Shown here: positions 9,802 to 23,957 of the stretch, piece after piece
Position numbering within the stretch: position 1 is the stretch's first letter
How the letters are laid out: every line of letters starts with the position of its first letter
DNA from: Nitrospirota bacterium
GTDB lineage: Bacteria; Nitrospirota; UBA9217
Assembly (NCBI GenBank): GCA_963840455.1
Contig: CAWIYV010000001.1
Coordinates: 96,001 to 160,000 of the forward strand
Direction of reading: 5' to 3'
DNA length: 64,000 bases
Notes under the pieces: generated by a model
Told to the model about the DNA's origin: nothing
Seen by the model: the letters and a program-made list of their open reading frames with translations, nothing else
Databases searched by the model: none
Program-made: the position numbers and the translations under genes

Positions 9802-11118
9802 TCATATCTCCAGACGTCCCCACGACTGCTTCCGGTATCGCCACAGGAGGATCATCATCCTTATCAGCCAGTCAATGATCATGACGGACCAGATATAGCG
9901 TATTGGCGCCTTGAACACCGTAGCGAGCAGTGCGGTGAGCGGCAGCCGCACAAGCCACATTCCGGCGATGGTCGCGAACATGATGAAACCGGTATCCCCC
10001 GCCCCGCGGAGCGAGCCGGTGAGCACCATGCTGAACGCCAGCGGCACCTGCGCGAAGGCAACGATCTTCATGTAGAGTATACCATAGCGAATGACCTCGG
10101 GATCACTGGTGAACAGCCGGAGGAGCACATAGGGAAAGAAAAAGAACAGGAGGCCCATGGAGGACATGAGGATGACCGCGAGGCGGTTCGCCTCGAAGGC
10201 AGAGAGCCTCGCCTCGTCGGGCCTTCCGGCGCCAAGGTTCTGGCCGACCATGGTCGCAGCCGCCACCGCGATACCATACCCCGGCATAAACGAGATCGCC
10301 TCAATGGCAAGCCCCACCTGGTGCGCGGCATAGACCGTCGTGCCATAGAGCAGGATGACCTTGGCGAACACCATCGAACCTGCGTTCTGCAGGAAACGGT
10401 CGACGAGGATCGGCCAGCCGAGTCTCATGGTCATCGTCGTCAGCCGCATCTCCAACTTTCGCGAGAGGACGATGTAGCGCCGCTCCAGGGAGCGGGTCAG
10501 GAGGAACGCCGTACCCAGGCATTCCGATACCGCTATGGCGATCGCGGCGCCCTTGACGCCCATCGCCGGAAATCCCCATTTGCCGTAGATGAGCGGATAG
10601 GCAACGACCACATGCAGGATGTTTACGATCAGCGTGGCGTACAGCGGCGTCCGGGTGTCGCCAGCTCCGTGCATGATGCCCGAAAGGACATTGATGGAAA
10701 TAGTGAAGAGGATGAAGGTGAAGATGATCTTCGAGTAGGAGTACAGGATATGCTGGACCTCGTCGTTCGCACCGAGCAGTCCGGCCACCTTCCAGCCTGC
10801 CGCGTGCCCCAGCACCATGACGATGATCGCCGCCAGGACCGCTGCGAGCATCGCCTGGTACGCGGCCCTGCCCGCCTCATCCTTCCGGTCCGCACCCCAA
10901 AGCTGGGAGACCAGGACCGTCACGCCGACATTGATGCCCCAGGAAACGCTCATGACCACAAAGATCATGATCTGCGCCACGCCGACAGCGGCGATTGCCG
11001 ACGCGCCGAGCCCGCCGACCAGGAAGATGTCCACAATGCCCACGGACCGTTGGAGAAAGCTTGACAGGACCACAGGAACGGCAAGCCGGAACATCTGTTT
11101 TCGAATCATATTCTGCAT
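9802..11118 (-). CDS. MATE family efflux transporter
   Basis: about 12 TM helices; VDIFLVGGLGASAIAAVG, GAGDTRTP, MGVKGAAIA, VGQNLGAG. Confidence 0.92.
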   Translation of the reverse strand: MQNMIRKQMFRLAVPVVLSSFLQRSVGIVDIFLVGGLGASAIAAVGVAQIMIFVVMSVSWGINVGVTVLVSQLWGADRKDEAGRAAYQAMLAAVLAAIIVMVLGHAAGWKVAGLLGANDEVQHILYSYSKIIFTFILFTISINVLSGIMHGAGDTRTPLYATLIVNILHVVVAYPLIYGKWGFPAMGVKGAAIAIAVSECLGTAFLLTRSLERRYIVLSRKLEMRLTTMTMRLGWPILVDRFLQNAGSMVFAKVILLYGTTVYAAHQVGLAIEAISFMPGYGIAVAAATMVGQNLGAGRPDEARLSAFEANRLAVILMSSMGLLFFFFPYVLLRLFTSDPEVIRYGILYMKIVAFAQVPLAFSMVLTGSLRGAGDTGFIMFATIAGMWLVRLPLTALLATVFKAPIRYIWSVMIIDWLIRMMILLWRYRKQSWGRLEI

Positions 11119-11188
11119 AACTAGTGTGTATATTCAGGATAACTGCAGGAGGGAGAAATCTACCATGAACTAAGGAGAACGCAGAGGG

Positions 11189-12028
11189 CTATTTCACCAG
11201 GGAGCGGACCTTCTTCATGTTCCGGGGATCGTCCTCTTCGGTCTCTTTCGGCGTTTCCATGATCTTCGGTATATCCTTGAACGCCCTGTGGTTCAGGAGG
11301 GCCTTGAAACCATCCTCACCGATCTTCCCCTCGCCGATGTGCCAGTGACGGTCCACGCGGGAACTGAAGTCCTTGAGGCAGTCGTTCAGGTGCATTCCCT
11401 TAAGCTTCTCCAGACCAACGGTCTCCTCGATCTTCTTCGCAACGGCATCGACGCCCTGCTTTGTCCGGACATCATAGCCGGCGGCGAACCCGTGGCAGGT
11501 ATCATAGCAGATCCCGATCTTGTCCTTATCGCGCAATCGCGAGATCACCTCGCTCACCTGTTCAAAGGTGTATCCCACATCCCCTTTTTCCCCGGCTGTG
11601 TTCTCGAGCAGGATGGTCGCCTGCGGCTTATGGAGCTTCATCGCCATGTTCAAAGCATCGGCCACGCGGCCGATCATCCATTCCGGTTCCTGGCCGCTCG
11701 CCGAGCCGAGATGGGTCACCAGATATTCCGCGCCAAGATGCTCGGTCCGCTCCAGGTCAATGACGAATTGTTCGATGGAACGCTGGTACAGATCAGGACG
11801 GGGAGACGCGAGGTTGATGAGGTAGTTCGTATGGACGAAAATCGGGCCGATGTCGTACTGCTCCCGCAGCCGCTTGAACTCGATGATATCGTCCTTATCG
11901 AGCGGCTTGACCGTCCATCCGCGGGGATTGCGGCTGAAGATCTGCATGGTTGTGCAGCCAAGCTCGTAGGCTCGCTGCACCGCGAGCGAAAAGCCGCCGG
12001 ATATGGAAACGTGAAATCCGATCCGCAT
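11189..12028 (-). CDS. nfo: endonuclease IV
   Basis: GFHVSISGG, HTNYLINLAS, LLENTAG, DTCH, HLND, DRHWHIGEG, METP. Confidence 0.95.
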   Translation of the reverse strand: MRIGFHVSISGGFSLAVQRAYELGCTTMQIFSRNPRGWTVKPLDKDDIIEFKRLREQYDIGPIFVHTNYLINLASPRPDLYQRSIEQFVIDLERTEHLGAEYLVTHLGSASGQEPEWMIGRVADALNMAMKLHKPQATILLENTAGEKGDVGYTFEQVSEVISRLRDKDKIGICYDTCHGFAAGYDVRTKQGVDAVAKKIEETVGLEKLKGMHLNDCLKDFSSRVDRHWHIGEGKIGEDGFKALLNHRAFKDIPKIMETPKETEEDDPRNMKKVRSLVK

Positions 12029-12029
12029 G

Positions 12030-15470
<3,441 letters not shown>

Positions 15471-15474
<4 letters not shown>

Positions 15475-16730
15475 TCCTTCGGCAGGACCACCCGGAACTT
15501 CGTTCCGGCATTCACCGTGCTCAAGACGTCGACCCTGCCGCCGTGGGCGGTTATCACCTTGTGCGTCAAAGCCAGGCCCATGCCCACGCCCTCGTCCTTC
15601 GTCGTAAAGAACGGAAGGAACACCTTTTTGAGGTTCTCGGGAGGGATCCCGGTGCCCGTGTCCCCGACGATAATGGTCAGATCTTTGTCCACCTGCATGG
15701 TCACGGACAGAGTCCCGCCGTCGGGCATGGCTTCAACAGCGTTCTGCATGAGATTGCCCAGGGCCTGGCGCATGAGCACCTCGTCGACCGGCGCCATGAC
15801 GTCGCTGATATCCAGGAACGTGCCGAGCGATGGTCTTCCGGACCGGGCCTGCAGGACGGTCTCGATGCAGGACTCCAGCAGGTGACGCATGTTCACGACC
15901 GTGCGGTTCAGCGACGTCGGCCGTGCAAAGGTCAGGAGGTCGCTGATGATGCGGTTCATCCCGACGATCTCCGCCTGGATGTCCCTGATGACGGCCTGCC
16001 CTGCGTCATCCTGCTTTCTGGCGAGCAGGCTCAGGTAACCTGCGATCACCGCCATGGGATTCCTGAGCTCATGAGCAATGCCCGCCGACATCTCTCCAAG
16101 GGCCGTAAGCCGCTCCTTGAGCTCGATCTGCTGCTGAAGGCGCTTCACCTCGGTGAGGTCGGAAAAGGACAGGATGACACCGAGGGTCTTTCCCTGCCGG
16201 TCTCTGAGGAGCGCGGTATTGAATCCGAGCCATATCCGCTTGCCCTTTCTCAGCAGTTCTGCTTCCATTCGCCGGGAGAGAACGTGCGTTTCCCGTGTCT
16301 CCCGGACCAGCCGGCAGGTATCGCCATTCCCGAAGATCTCGTCGCAGGTCCTGCTCAGGCCGCTGCCACGCTCCATCCCCAGGATCTCCTCGGCAGCGCG
16401 GTTCATCGAGGCGGCGAGACCGTTCCCGTCAAAGGTGATGACCCCGCTGGTGACGCACTGGAGGATGTTCTCCGTATAGCCTTCGACGTTCTCTGCCCGC
16501 TGCTCTGCGAGCGAACGGAGCCGTTCCAGCTCCCTCTCCTTCTCTTTGAGCTGGCGGGTGACATCCTGGAAGGCGTTGATGATGAAGCTGACGTCCTGGG
16601 TCTTTTCCTGCCTTTCAGGCTTCAGCCCCAATTCGCGCCGATACCGCTGCGTCATGCCCCAGATGACGAGCGCCCCTACCGCGACCACCAGCACTCCCGT
16701 GACCAGTATGGGAAGGACGGACGCGGTCAT
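15471..16730 (-). CDS. PAS sensor histidine kinase (PilS/NtrB-like)
   Basis: N-terminal TM, PAS, AHELRNPM, FFTTK, GMGL. Confidence 0.9.
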
Positions 16731-17554
16731 GGACGGAAAAACCCGAAATACCAGCTGATGATATCAGCGCCGTAGAACAGGGTGAGCAGTGTACCAAAGG
16801 CAAGGTAGGGTCCGAAGGGGATGACTTTGTCCACCTGGTGTTTCTTCAAGGCGATGAGCGTCATACCCACAATGGAACCCGTCAGCGCGCCCAGCATGAT
16901 GGTCAGGAACGCCCCTTTCCAACCCAGGAAACAGCCGACCATGCCCATGTACTTCACGTCGCCGCCGCCCATGGCCTCGACCTTCCTGAACTTTTCCCAA
17001 AGCCATCCGATGATGAAGAGCGGAGCGGCCCCCAGGACGAGTCCGACGAGGGAGTTCACGAACCCGGTGAGGTAGGTTCCTGCTGAGGGAAGGAGCTTTC
17101 CCAGACCGAAGGCCATCGGCGGCTCGAGTGCGGACATGAAGAGCGGGGCCGCGAGCAGACCGATGACCATGCCGGGGAGCGTTATGACATCCGGTATGAT
17201 CTGGTGGTCAAGATCGATGAAGGTGATGACGAGGAGGGCCGAGCACAGCACCATGACCAGCCCCGCCTCTCCGGTCATCCCGAATGCGGCGTACGCCCAC
17301 AGGTACAGCAGGCCGTTCAGGAGCTCGACAAGCGGGTATCGCCAGGAAATGGGCAGGCCGCATGAGCGGCACTTGCCGCGGAGCGCAATAAAACTTACCA
17401 GCGGTATATTGTCGTACCAGCGGATCGGCGTCCTGCAGCGGGGGCACTGAGACCGAGGGCTGACGATGGACTGTTCGCGGGGAAGCCGCACGATGCAGAC
17501 ATTCAGAAAGCTCCCGACGATGAGACCGAAGAGGAACACTACCACGAAGATCAT
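16727..17554 (-). CDS. pilD: prepilin peptidase/N-methyltransferase
   Basis: GSFLNVCI, CPRC...CRSC Zn site, IDLDHQIIPD, MGGGDVK, IPFGPYL. Confidence 0.95.
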   Translation of the reverse strand: MIFVVVFLFGLIVGSFLNVCIVRLPREQSIVSPRSQCPRCRTPIRWYDNIPLVSFIALRGKCRSCGLPISWRYPLVELLNGLLYLWAYAAFGMTGEAGLVMVLCSALLVITFIDLDHQIIPDVITLPGMVIGLLAAPLFMSALEPPMAFGLGKLLPSAGTYLTGFVNSLVGLVLGAAPLFIIGWLWEKFRKVEAMGGGDVKYMGMVGCFLGWKGAFLTIMLGALTGSIVGMTLIALKKHQVDKVIPFGPYLAFGTLLTLFYGADIISWYFGFFRP

Positions 17555-17919
17555 GCAGACCTCTCGTCATGGCTGGCTGGTGCAGGTTTCAGGACCTCGG
17601 CCTCGCGCCGCAGGTCATCCAGGAGGATTTCCCGGTCCTTCTGATAACGCTCGATCTTATCCACTGCCGACGCGATCTCGTAGTTCTTGAACAGGAGGTC
17701 AAAGGTACTGGGAAGGGTATCGTTCTCCTTCATTTCGAGGAGCTTCTGGCCGATGAATTGCTGCTGCTCGCGCACCTTGGCCTGAATGCCGTCGATCTGG
17801 ATTCTGAGCCGTACAATGGTGATCTCTGCCTTCACGCGGTCTGAGAATGTCGCGGCAAAGGACGCCAGCTTTGCATAGCCCTTCTGCAGATTGATCAGCG
17901 TCTTTTCCCAAACGGTCAT
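17551..17919 (-). CDS. hypothetical coiled-coil protein
   Basis: SD GAAGGAG before ATG 17919; stop overlaps the pilD start. Confidence 0.65.
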   Translation of the reverse strand: MTVWEKTLINLQKGYAKLASFAATFSDRVKAEITIVRLRIQIDGIQAKVREQQQFIGQKLLEMKENDTLPSTFDLLFKNYEIASAVDKIERYQKDREILLDDLRREAEVLKPAPASHDERSA

Positions 17920-17931
17920 AGTGGCGGCTCC

Positions 17932-18009
17932 TTCAAGCGGAGCAAGGGTCCAGGGTCGCAGTGGCAATCATGTCCGGCGGTCCTATTGCCCATGATCCCT
18001 GCTCCTTGA
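17932..18009. repeat. long imperfect inverted repeat
   Basis: TTCAAGCGGAGCAAGGGTC ... GATCCCTGCTCCTTGAA. Confidence 0.5.
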
Positions 18010-18056
18010 ACAATGATCTGGATTACCGGTTACTGTATCAGAATACCCTTCAAATA

Positions 18057-20495
18057 TCAACTTACTGTTACCAGGCCGAGCTTCCCCGCCCATTTGCGCC
18101 GTACCGCATCCCGTAGCGCCGGCGATGCCGCCAGTTCTGGGTCCGCCTTCGTCAGCTCGAAGGCCTCGGTCCGTGCCTTTTCCAGCAGATCGGCGTCGCG
18201 GAGGATGTTCGCGGCCCGGAGATCAGGCAAGCCCGACTGCCGGGTGCCGAAGAACTCCCCCGGCCCCCGGAGACGCAGGTCCTCCTCGGCGATAGCGAAG
18301 CCGTCGTTCGTCCGTACAAAAGCATTCAGCCGGTCCCGGGTCTCATCGACGAACATCCGCGGCCCCATCAGGACGCACAGGGACTGGTGTGTGCCCCTGC
18401 CCACCCTGCCCCGGAGCTGGTGGAGCTGGGCCAAGCCGAAGCGCTCCGGGTGTTCGATGACCATGACCGACGCGTTCGGCACGTCGACCCCCACCTCGAT
18501 GACCGTGGTAGAGACAAGAATATGGACAGCGCCGGACTTAAAGGCTGCCATGACCGCTTCCTTTTCAGCGCCTTTCATCCTGCCATGCAGGAGGCCGACC
18601 TTCCATTTGGAGAAAACATCCTTCTGAAGATGGGCAGCCATCTCGGTCGCCGCCTTGAGGTCGCTCTTCTCCGTCTCTTCGACCAGCGGATAGACCACGT
18701 ACACCTGCCGCCCTTTCGAGATCTCGCCCTCCAGGAGCTGGTAGGCCTCGAGCCGTTTGTTCTCGAAATAGAGCCGGGTGATGATGGGGCTCCTTCCGGG
18801 AGGCATTTCGTCGATCACCGACACATCAAGATCGCCGTAGACAGTGAGCGCGAGCGTCCGCGGGATGGGCGTGGCGGTCATGACGAGGACATCGGGTTCG
18901 TAGCCCTTGGACTTGAGCGTGGACCGCTGCATCACGCCAAACCGGTGCTGCTCATCGATGATGGCCAACCCGAGCTTGTGGAAGTGCACGTCCTGTTCCA
19001 GCAGCGCGTGCGTGCCGACCATGATCTGCGAGACGCCGGACGCGATGTCTGCCAGCACGGTCTCCTTCGCTTTCTTCCTCAGGCTGCCGGTCAGGAGGAC
19101 GACCGTGATTCCGAGAGGCACGGCAAGCGCGACAATGTTCCGGTAATGCTGTTCAGCGAGGATCTCCGTCGGCGCCATGAGACACGCCTGGTAGCCGTTC
19201 TCCACGGCCAGCAGGGACGCGACGAGGGCCACCACGGTCTTGCCGCACCCTACGTCGCCCTGTACCAGCCGGTTCATAGGGTGCTCTGATGCCATGTCCC
19301 GCTTGATCTCGGCAATGACCCGCTCCTGGGCGTTGGTCAGCGTGAACGGCAAGCCCTTCCTGAGGGCAGCCTCGAGCTTCACCGGCGGTTTGAACGATAT
19401 GCCCTTCTTCTCGAAGGTCACGCCCCGTTTCCTGAGCGCCAGGCCCAGTTCCAGGACAAAGAGCTCTTCGAAGCTCAGGCGCCGATGGGCAGCACTCATC
19501 CCCCGGTTCAGAATATTGATGTCCTTCTCGTGCTCGGGAAAGTGTACTTCGCGGACCGCATCAGCAGCCGGCAGCAGTCCGTATCTCTTCTCCAGCGCCG
19601 CGGGGAGCGGCTCCGGGACCGAGCCCGCAGCCCCGTCAACGATGCTCTTCATGATGCTGCGGAGCGCACGCGCGGACAGGCCTGCGGTGGTCCGGTAGAT
19701 CGGAACGGTCCTTCCGGTATGGATCAGCAGGCTTTCGGGGTCATCGTCATCCAGGACCTCATAATCGGGGTTGTCGATCTGCGGCCTTCCTCCCTTGTAA
19801 GAATTGGCCTTCACGATGCCTGACAGGATCACTTTCTGGCCCGTCTTGAAAGCCTTCTGCATGAAGGGCTGGTTGAACCACGAGCCGACCAGTACGCCGG
19901 TCCCGTCCTTGATGACCAGCTCGAAGACCTTGATCCACTTGCGCCGGGTCTGCACGACCTCCGCGGAGATCACTTCGCCGGAAACCGTTTCAAAGGCCCC
20001 ATAGGTGAGCCGTGCGATCTTTTTTAAATTTCCCCGGTCCTCGTATCGCCAGGGAAGATAGGACAGGGCGTCCTCGACCGTGGCGATACCCAGCTTTTTC
20101 ATGAGCTCCGCCCGCTTCGGACCAACGCCTTTGCAGTACTGGACCTGAGTGTCCAGGTGCAGGTTGGTCGTCTCGTTGGTGGACTTGCGGAGCCGTTCAG
20201 GCCCGTTATCCGGCCGCGTGGCGGCCTCGCGTCCGAATACATCGATGGCAGTAATCGCCTGCAGGATATGCGATCTCTTCATATCCGGGGTAAGAGCATC
20301 GAAGCCGCTGAATAGGTCCTCTAGGGCGGACATACCACGGCTGTCGCCTGACAGACGCCGTATTTCCCGGACTTGGGCGAGGACGAAAGGTTCGAGGTCG
20401 GTGAGGCTCTTCAGGTGGGCAAAATCATCACGGGAGGCATACCGGAGCGGCTTTTTGAGCCTTTCCAGGATGGTCTTGAGGTCGTCAGAACTCAT
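18057..20495 (-). CDS. recG: ATP-dependent DNA helicase RecG
   Basis: wedge domain, [42 protein letters not shown]. Confidence 0.97.
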   Translation of the reverse strand: MSSDDLKTILERLKKPLRYASRDDFAHLKSLTDLEPFVLAQVREIRRLSGDSRGMSALEDLFSGFDALTPDMKRSHILQAITAIDVFGREAATRPDNGPERLRKSTNETTNLHLDTQVQYCKGVGPKRAELMKKLGIATVEDALSYLPWRYEDRGNLKKIARLTYGAFETVSGEVISAEVVQTRRKWIKVFELVIKDGTGVLVGSWFNQPFMQKAFKTGQKVILSGIVKANSYKGGRPQIDNPDYEVLDDDDPESLLIHTGRTVPIYRTTAGLSARALRSIMKSIVDGAAGSVPEPLPAALEKRYGLLPAADAVREVHFPEHEKDINILNRGMSAAHRRLSFEELFVLELGLALRKRGVTFEKKGISFKPPVKLEAALRKGLPFTLTNAQERVIAEIKRDMASEHPMNRLVQGDVGCGKTVVALVASLLAVENGYQACLMAPTEILAEQHYRNIVALAVPLGITVVLLTGSLRKKAKETVLADIASGVSQIMVGTHALLEQDVHFHKLGLAIIDEQHRFGVMQRSTLKSKGYEPDVLVMTATPIPRTLALTVYGDLDVSVIDEMPPGRSPIITRLYFENKRLEAYQLLEGEISKGRQVYVVYPLVEETEKSDLKAATEMAAHLQKDVFSKWKVGLLHGRMKGAEKEAVMAAFKSGAVHILVSTTVIEVGVDVPNASVMVIEHPERFGLAQLHQLRGRVGRGTHQSLCVLMGPRMFVDETRDRLNAFVRTNDGFAIAEEDLRLRGPGEFFGTRQSGLPDLRAANILRDADLLEKARTEAFELTKADPELAASPALRDAVRRKWAGKLGLVTVS

Positions 20496-20598
20496 GAATT
20501 ATTAATTTTATTGAAATTTTCCTTGCATGCAATGTGATGTTATGGTAGCATACGCCTGCTTTTTAAGCAATCATTTTCCGGATCCAGGAGGACTCCCC

Positions 20599-20793
20599 GT
20601 GGCAGGTACATGTCAGATATGTGGCAAGGGCGCGCTGAGCGGCAACAAGGTGAGCCATGCGAACAATAGATCAAAGAAAATATCCAAGCCGAACCTTCAG
20701 AGCATCAAAGCGCTTGGCCCCAACGGCGCCCACGTCCGCATGCATGTCTGCACCCGCTGCATCCGCTCCGGCAAGGTCAAGAAGGTAAGCTAA
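20599..20793 (+). CDS. rpmB: 50S ribosomal protein L28
   Basis: CQICGK...GNKVSHANN...PNLQ...CTRC; GTG start after AGGAGG. Confidence 0.95.
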   Translation: MAGTCQICGKGALSGNKVSHANNRSKKISKPNLQSIKALGPNGAHVRMHVCTRCIRSGKVKKVS

Positions 20794-21019
20794 CATCTTC
20801 CGCCGACCGCGCCGCCGGGCCTCCGGCGGTGCGGTATCCCATCGCCCTTTCCCGGGCAGCCTGCCGTACACGCAATTCCGACGATCTTTTACTTACCGCC
20901 TCACTTGTCCGCAGCCTGCATGATCGGCGAGAGCAGGCGGATCTGCCATTGTCCTGCAGCCGAGCAACAGACCGCGATAGGATGCATCCGCTGCGGTTGA
21001 CGATCGTCGAGGTATTGAT

Positions 21020-21430
21020 ATGGTGAAGGACAGAACAGGATCGTTCATATGTGCTGCGGTATTCCTTGCCGTACTGGCGACCGCCGGGCTCGCCGATGAG
21101 CCATTGAAGTGTGCTGAGTGCGGGATGCCGGTCGATGTGGCAGCACCCTTCTCTTCGAAGATCGTTGCGGGAGACCATACGCTGTATTTCTGTGATATCG
21201 GAGACCTGCTGGTGTACCTCAGGGAAAGGAAGACAGATCCAACGTACGCCCGGGTCAAGGATTACCGATCCGGAGAATGGATCGAGGCGGCAAAGGCATT
21301 CTATGTTCATGAACCAAGGCGGTTCATGACCCCCATGGGATGGGGAGTTGCCTCGTTCAAGAACAAGAAGGACGCCGAGGATTTCGGCGTACCTTCAGAC
21401 ATCACTGCTGTCTCCCGGCGGCTGAAATGA
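21020..21430 (+). CDS. NosL-like / TRASH-type exported metal-binding protein
   Basis: signal peptide, CAECGM, YFCDIGDL, VKDY..GEWI.A..AFYV, TPMG.G. Confidence 0.8.
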   Translation: MVKDRTGSFICAAVFLAVLATAGLADEPLKCAECGMPVDVAAPFSSKIVAGDHTLYFCDIGDLLVYLRERKTDPTYARVKDYRSGEWIEAAKAFYVHEPRRFMTPMGWGVASFKNKKDAEDFGVPSDITAVSRRLK

Positions 21431-22062
21431 CCGATGACCGGCTGGCCATGCCTTACCGTTCACCAGGCCCCCTCTCACGCATCGGCAGGTTCACGTGTCC
21501 CCTGCTGCTGCTGTTCCTGCTTGCAGCATGCCAGACAACCCACCCAACCGTTTCGTCCGGGCAGCTTCCGTCTAAACATCCAAAACCGGCCATTAGTGGT
21601 CCTGACCTGGAAAAGAGGATCCATGCCATGATCAACCGGGAACGCGCAGCGCACGGCCTCTCCCCTCTGGCATGGGACGAGGCTCTTTCCCGTATCGCGC
21701 GTGGCCACAGCAAAGACATGGCGGGCCGCGGTTTTTTCAGCCACGACTCCCCTGAGGGCCGGGATTTCTTCTTCCGGTACCGACAGCAGGGCTATACTTG
21801 CGCGCTTCGCATCGGGAATACCATCCACACCGGCGCGGAGAACATCGCGCTCAACAGCCTGTACCGCTCGATCACCACGATCAATGGTGTCGCCTATCAT
21901 GACTGGAACACCGCGGAACAGATCGCGCTATCCACAGTCCAGGGATGGATGAACAGCCAGGGCCACCGCAACAACATCCTCACCCCTCACTGGCTGAACG
22001 AGGGCATCGGGGTCTTCATTTCGACCGATGACAAGGTGTACATCACCCAGAATTTTTGCTGA
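21427..22062 (+). CDS. CAP/SCP domain lipoprotein
   Basis: lipobox LAAC, NRER..HGL.PL, HSKDMA, ENIA, WMNSQGHRNNIL; start may be 21448. Confidence 0.88.
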   Translation: MTDDRLAMPYRSPGPLSRIGRFTCPLLLLFLLAACQTTHPTVSSGQLPSKHPKPAISGPDLEKRIHAMINRERAAHGLSPLAWDEALSRIARGHSKDMAGRGFFSHDSPEGRDFFFRYRQQGYTCALRIGNTIHTGAENIALNSLYRSITTINGVAYHDWNTAEQIALSTVQGWMNSQGHRNNILTPHWLNEGIGVFISTDDKVYITQNFC

Positions 22063-22078
22063 CACTCGGACGCGTTCG

Positions 22079-22549
22079 CTAGCGCGTCGCTACCCGCGCC
22101 GGGTAGTCATCTCCGGTGATGTAGTTCTCCAGCTGATTGATCGTCGCTTCCTGGCTCCGCATGATGGAATTGACGACGTCGCCGATGCTCACGACGCCGA
22201 TGACCTGTCCGCCATCCAGCACCGGCAGATGCCGCACATGATTGTTGGTCATCAGCATCATGCATTCCTGCAGGTTCATTTCCGGAGAAGCGCAGATCGC
22301 CGGAGAGCTCATGAGTTCGCCCACGGTGGTCGACCGGGACGATTTCCCCTTCAGGATGACCTTCCTCGCGTAATCACGCTCGGAAAATATACCCACCAGC
22401 TGTCCCCCGTCCTCCATGACCAGCAGCGCTCCTACATCGTTGTCCGCCATGACCTCCAGCGCGGCGTACGCCGTTGCTCCCGGAGGCATGCCCAGATAAC
22501 CATGCCCTTTGGTGTTCAAGATGTCGTTTACCAACGTTGTCGTATACAT
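22079..22549 (-). CDS. stand-alone CBS-pair domain protein
   Basis: VGALLV..GQLVGIFSERDYARK, VRHLPV, VVSIGDVV; SD AAGGAGG. Confidence 0.92.
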   Translation of the reverse strand: MYTTTLVNDILNTKGHGYLGMPPGATAYAALEVMADNDVGALLVMEDGGQLVGIFSERDYARKVILKGKSSRSTTVGELMSSPAICASPEMNLQECMMLMTNNHVRHLPVLDGGQVIGVVSIGDVVNSIMRSQEATINQLENYITGDDYPARVATR

Positions 22550-22600
22550 ATTGTACCCCTCCTTCCCTTGAGATAGGTTCGGACGCGAACGTGCAACAAG

Positions 22601-22646
22601 CAAAAAGCCGGACATACCGAAAGTGATTCCTTCGGCAGCCCGGCTG
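22601..22646 (-). terminator. intrinsic terminator overlapping the 3' end of the riboswitch aptamer
   Basis: minus strand AGCCGGGCTGCCGAAG-GAATCA-CTTTCGGTATGTCCGGCT-TTTTG. Confidence 0.8.
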
Positions 22647-22709
22647 TCTTTTCCAAAGACCCGTTGCTTTCCGCGCCCTCTTCACAGAGGGTTTGGCTTT
22701 ATCGGGAAT
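22626..22709 (-). ncRNA. c-di-GMP-I (GEMM-I) riboswitch
   Basis: minus strand CGATAAAG-CCAAACC-CTCT-GTGA-AGAG-GGCGCGG-AAAGC-AACGGGTCT...AGACAGCCGGGCTGCCG fits the GEMM-I consensus with a GNRA loop and receptor. Confidence 0.92.
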
Positions 22710-22912
22710 GATCCATGACTATTCTTCTCTTGGTATGTACATAACACGCGCATTCCCTGCTGTCAAATTGATGTTTTGATTGACAGAAGACCTCAATTCA
22801 TTACTTGAGCGCGCCATGGGAAGAACGGTAACAAAGACGATCGGCTGGAAGATCACGGTGTGAGGCAATCGATGCGATTGCTCGCCCAATGGGACAAGGC
22901 TATCCCGTCCAT

Positions 22913-23950
22913 CTACTGTTTGAGCAGGAAGAACTCCGCAACATACAGCAATAACAGGATAAACCATCCTGCAAGAATGACAAATTCTATGGTTGCACGG
23001 TAGGAAATGCTGAAGTTCTCCGTCGCCATAGTATAGACGTCCTCGAGCATGTCCAGCTTTTCCTTGATGTCCGCCGCCCAGGCATCGAGATGGAATTTCC
23101 TTGCAATGACCGAATACAGCTTTGCCGAGTACCAATCCCCGATGAGCTTGATATTATGTTCGATGGTCTCTGATTCCAGGATGGACTGTGTCCGCATCTC
23201 GATGATCTCCTTCAATATCCTGCGGATGTCACGGGTCCTGATCAAGGGAAGCTTTTTCGGGGTCCTGAGAAGATTGAGGGTCTTTTCCAGCCTTCGATCG
23301 AGATCATCGGCGAGGATCCTCGACCGGAGCAGCTGGAGATTTGCTATCTCGAAAAGTTCAATATTGCTCTTGAAGTCCCCTGCCGCGTCAAAGATGAAAG
23401 CCCCGTCCCAGTCCACGATCGTAATATCATCCTTGCCGTATTTCAGATGGGTGGCGAGCGTTGCGGAGACCTCTTCCTCATCAAGAGGCTCGTTCTCATT
23501 CTTGAGGAACGCCACGATCTTCTCGCTGAAGAGGGAAAGATAGACCTCCGGATCGCCCTGATACCCGGAGATGCAATAGACGCTGTATTCTTCATCGAAA
23601 TCCCTATTGCAGACGTATTCCGCAAGTATCTTGCGGCATTCTGTCACAAGCCTTCTCTTGAACTCCAAGGTAGAATCCGCGAGGATATCAGCCACGCTCA
23701 CCGATGCCTCGACAACAAGGACATCGGGCAGATAGGCCTTGACCAGAAACCCCACTTCTTGTCCATCCACATTTCGCGATTCCTGCTTGATCACCTTCTG
23801 TTTCGGTATCACATCAGGATAGCTCGGCGCACTCCTGATCGCCTTGATCTCAACGACCTCGCTCGCCTCCAGGTTCATGCAGGTCTGTCCGATCATAAAA
23901 ACGACAACAGAGCCAGGTATCTCTTGTATTTCGCTCACAGGATTTTCCAT
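22913..23950 (-). CDS. DUF155/RMD1-like protein with C-terminal TM helix
   Basis: GDWYSAKLY...FHLDAW...IKEKLD pattern plus hydrophobic C-terminus; family assigned from memory. Confidence 0.6.
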   Translation of the reverse strand: MENPVSEIQEIPGSVVVFMIGQTCMNLEASEVVEIKAIRSAPSYPDVIPKQKVIKQESRNVDGQEVGFLVKAYLPDVLVVEASVSVADILADSTLEFKRRLVTECRKILAEYVCNRDFDEEYSVYCISGYQGDPEVYLSLFSEKIVAFLKNENEPLDEEEVSATLATHLKYGKDDITIVDWDGAFIFDAAGDFKSNIELFEIANLQLLRSRILADDLDRRLEKTLNLLRTPKKLPLIRTRDIRRILKEIIEMRTQSILESETIEHNIKLIGDWYSAKLYSVIARKFHLDAWAADIKEKLDMLEDVYTMATENFSISYRATIEFVILAGWFILLLLYVAEFFLLKQ

Positions 23951-23957
23951 GAATGCG

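Noticed and set aside
22626-22709. cGAMP-selective (GEMM-Ib) riboswitch
   Set aside because: The specificity position is G rather than A, so c-di-GMP is more likely; not tested.
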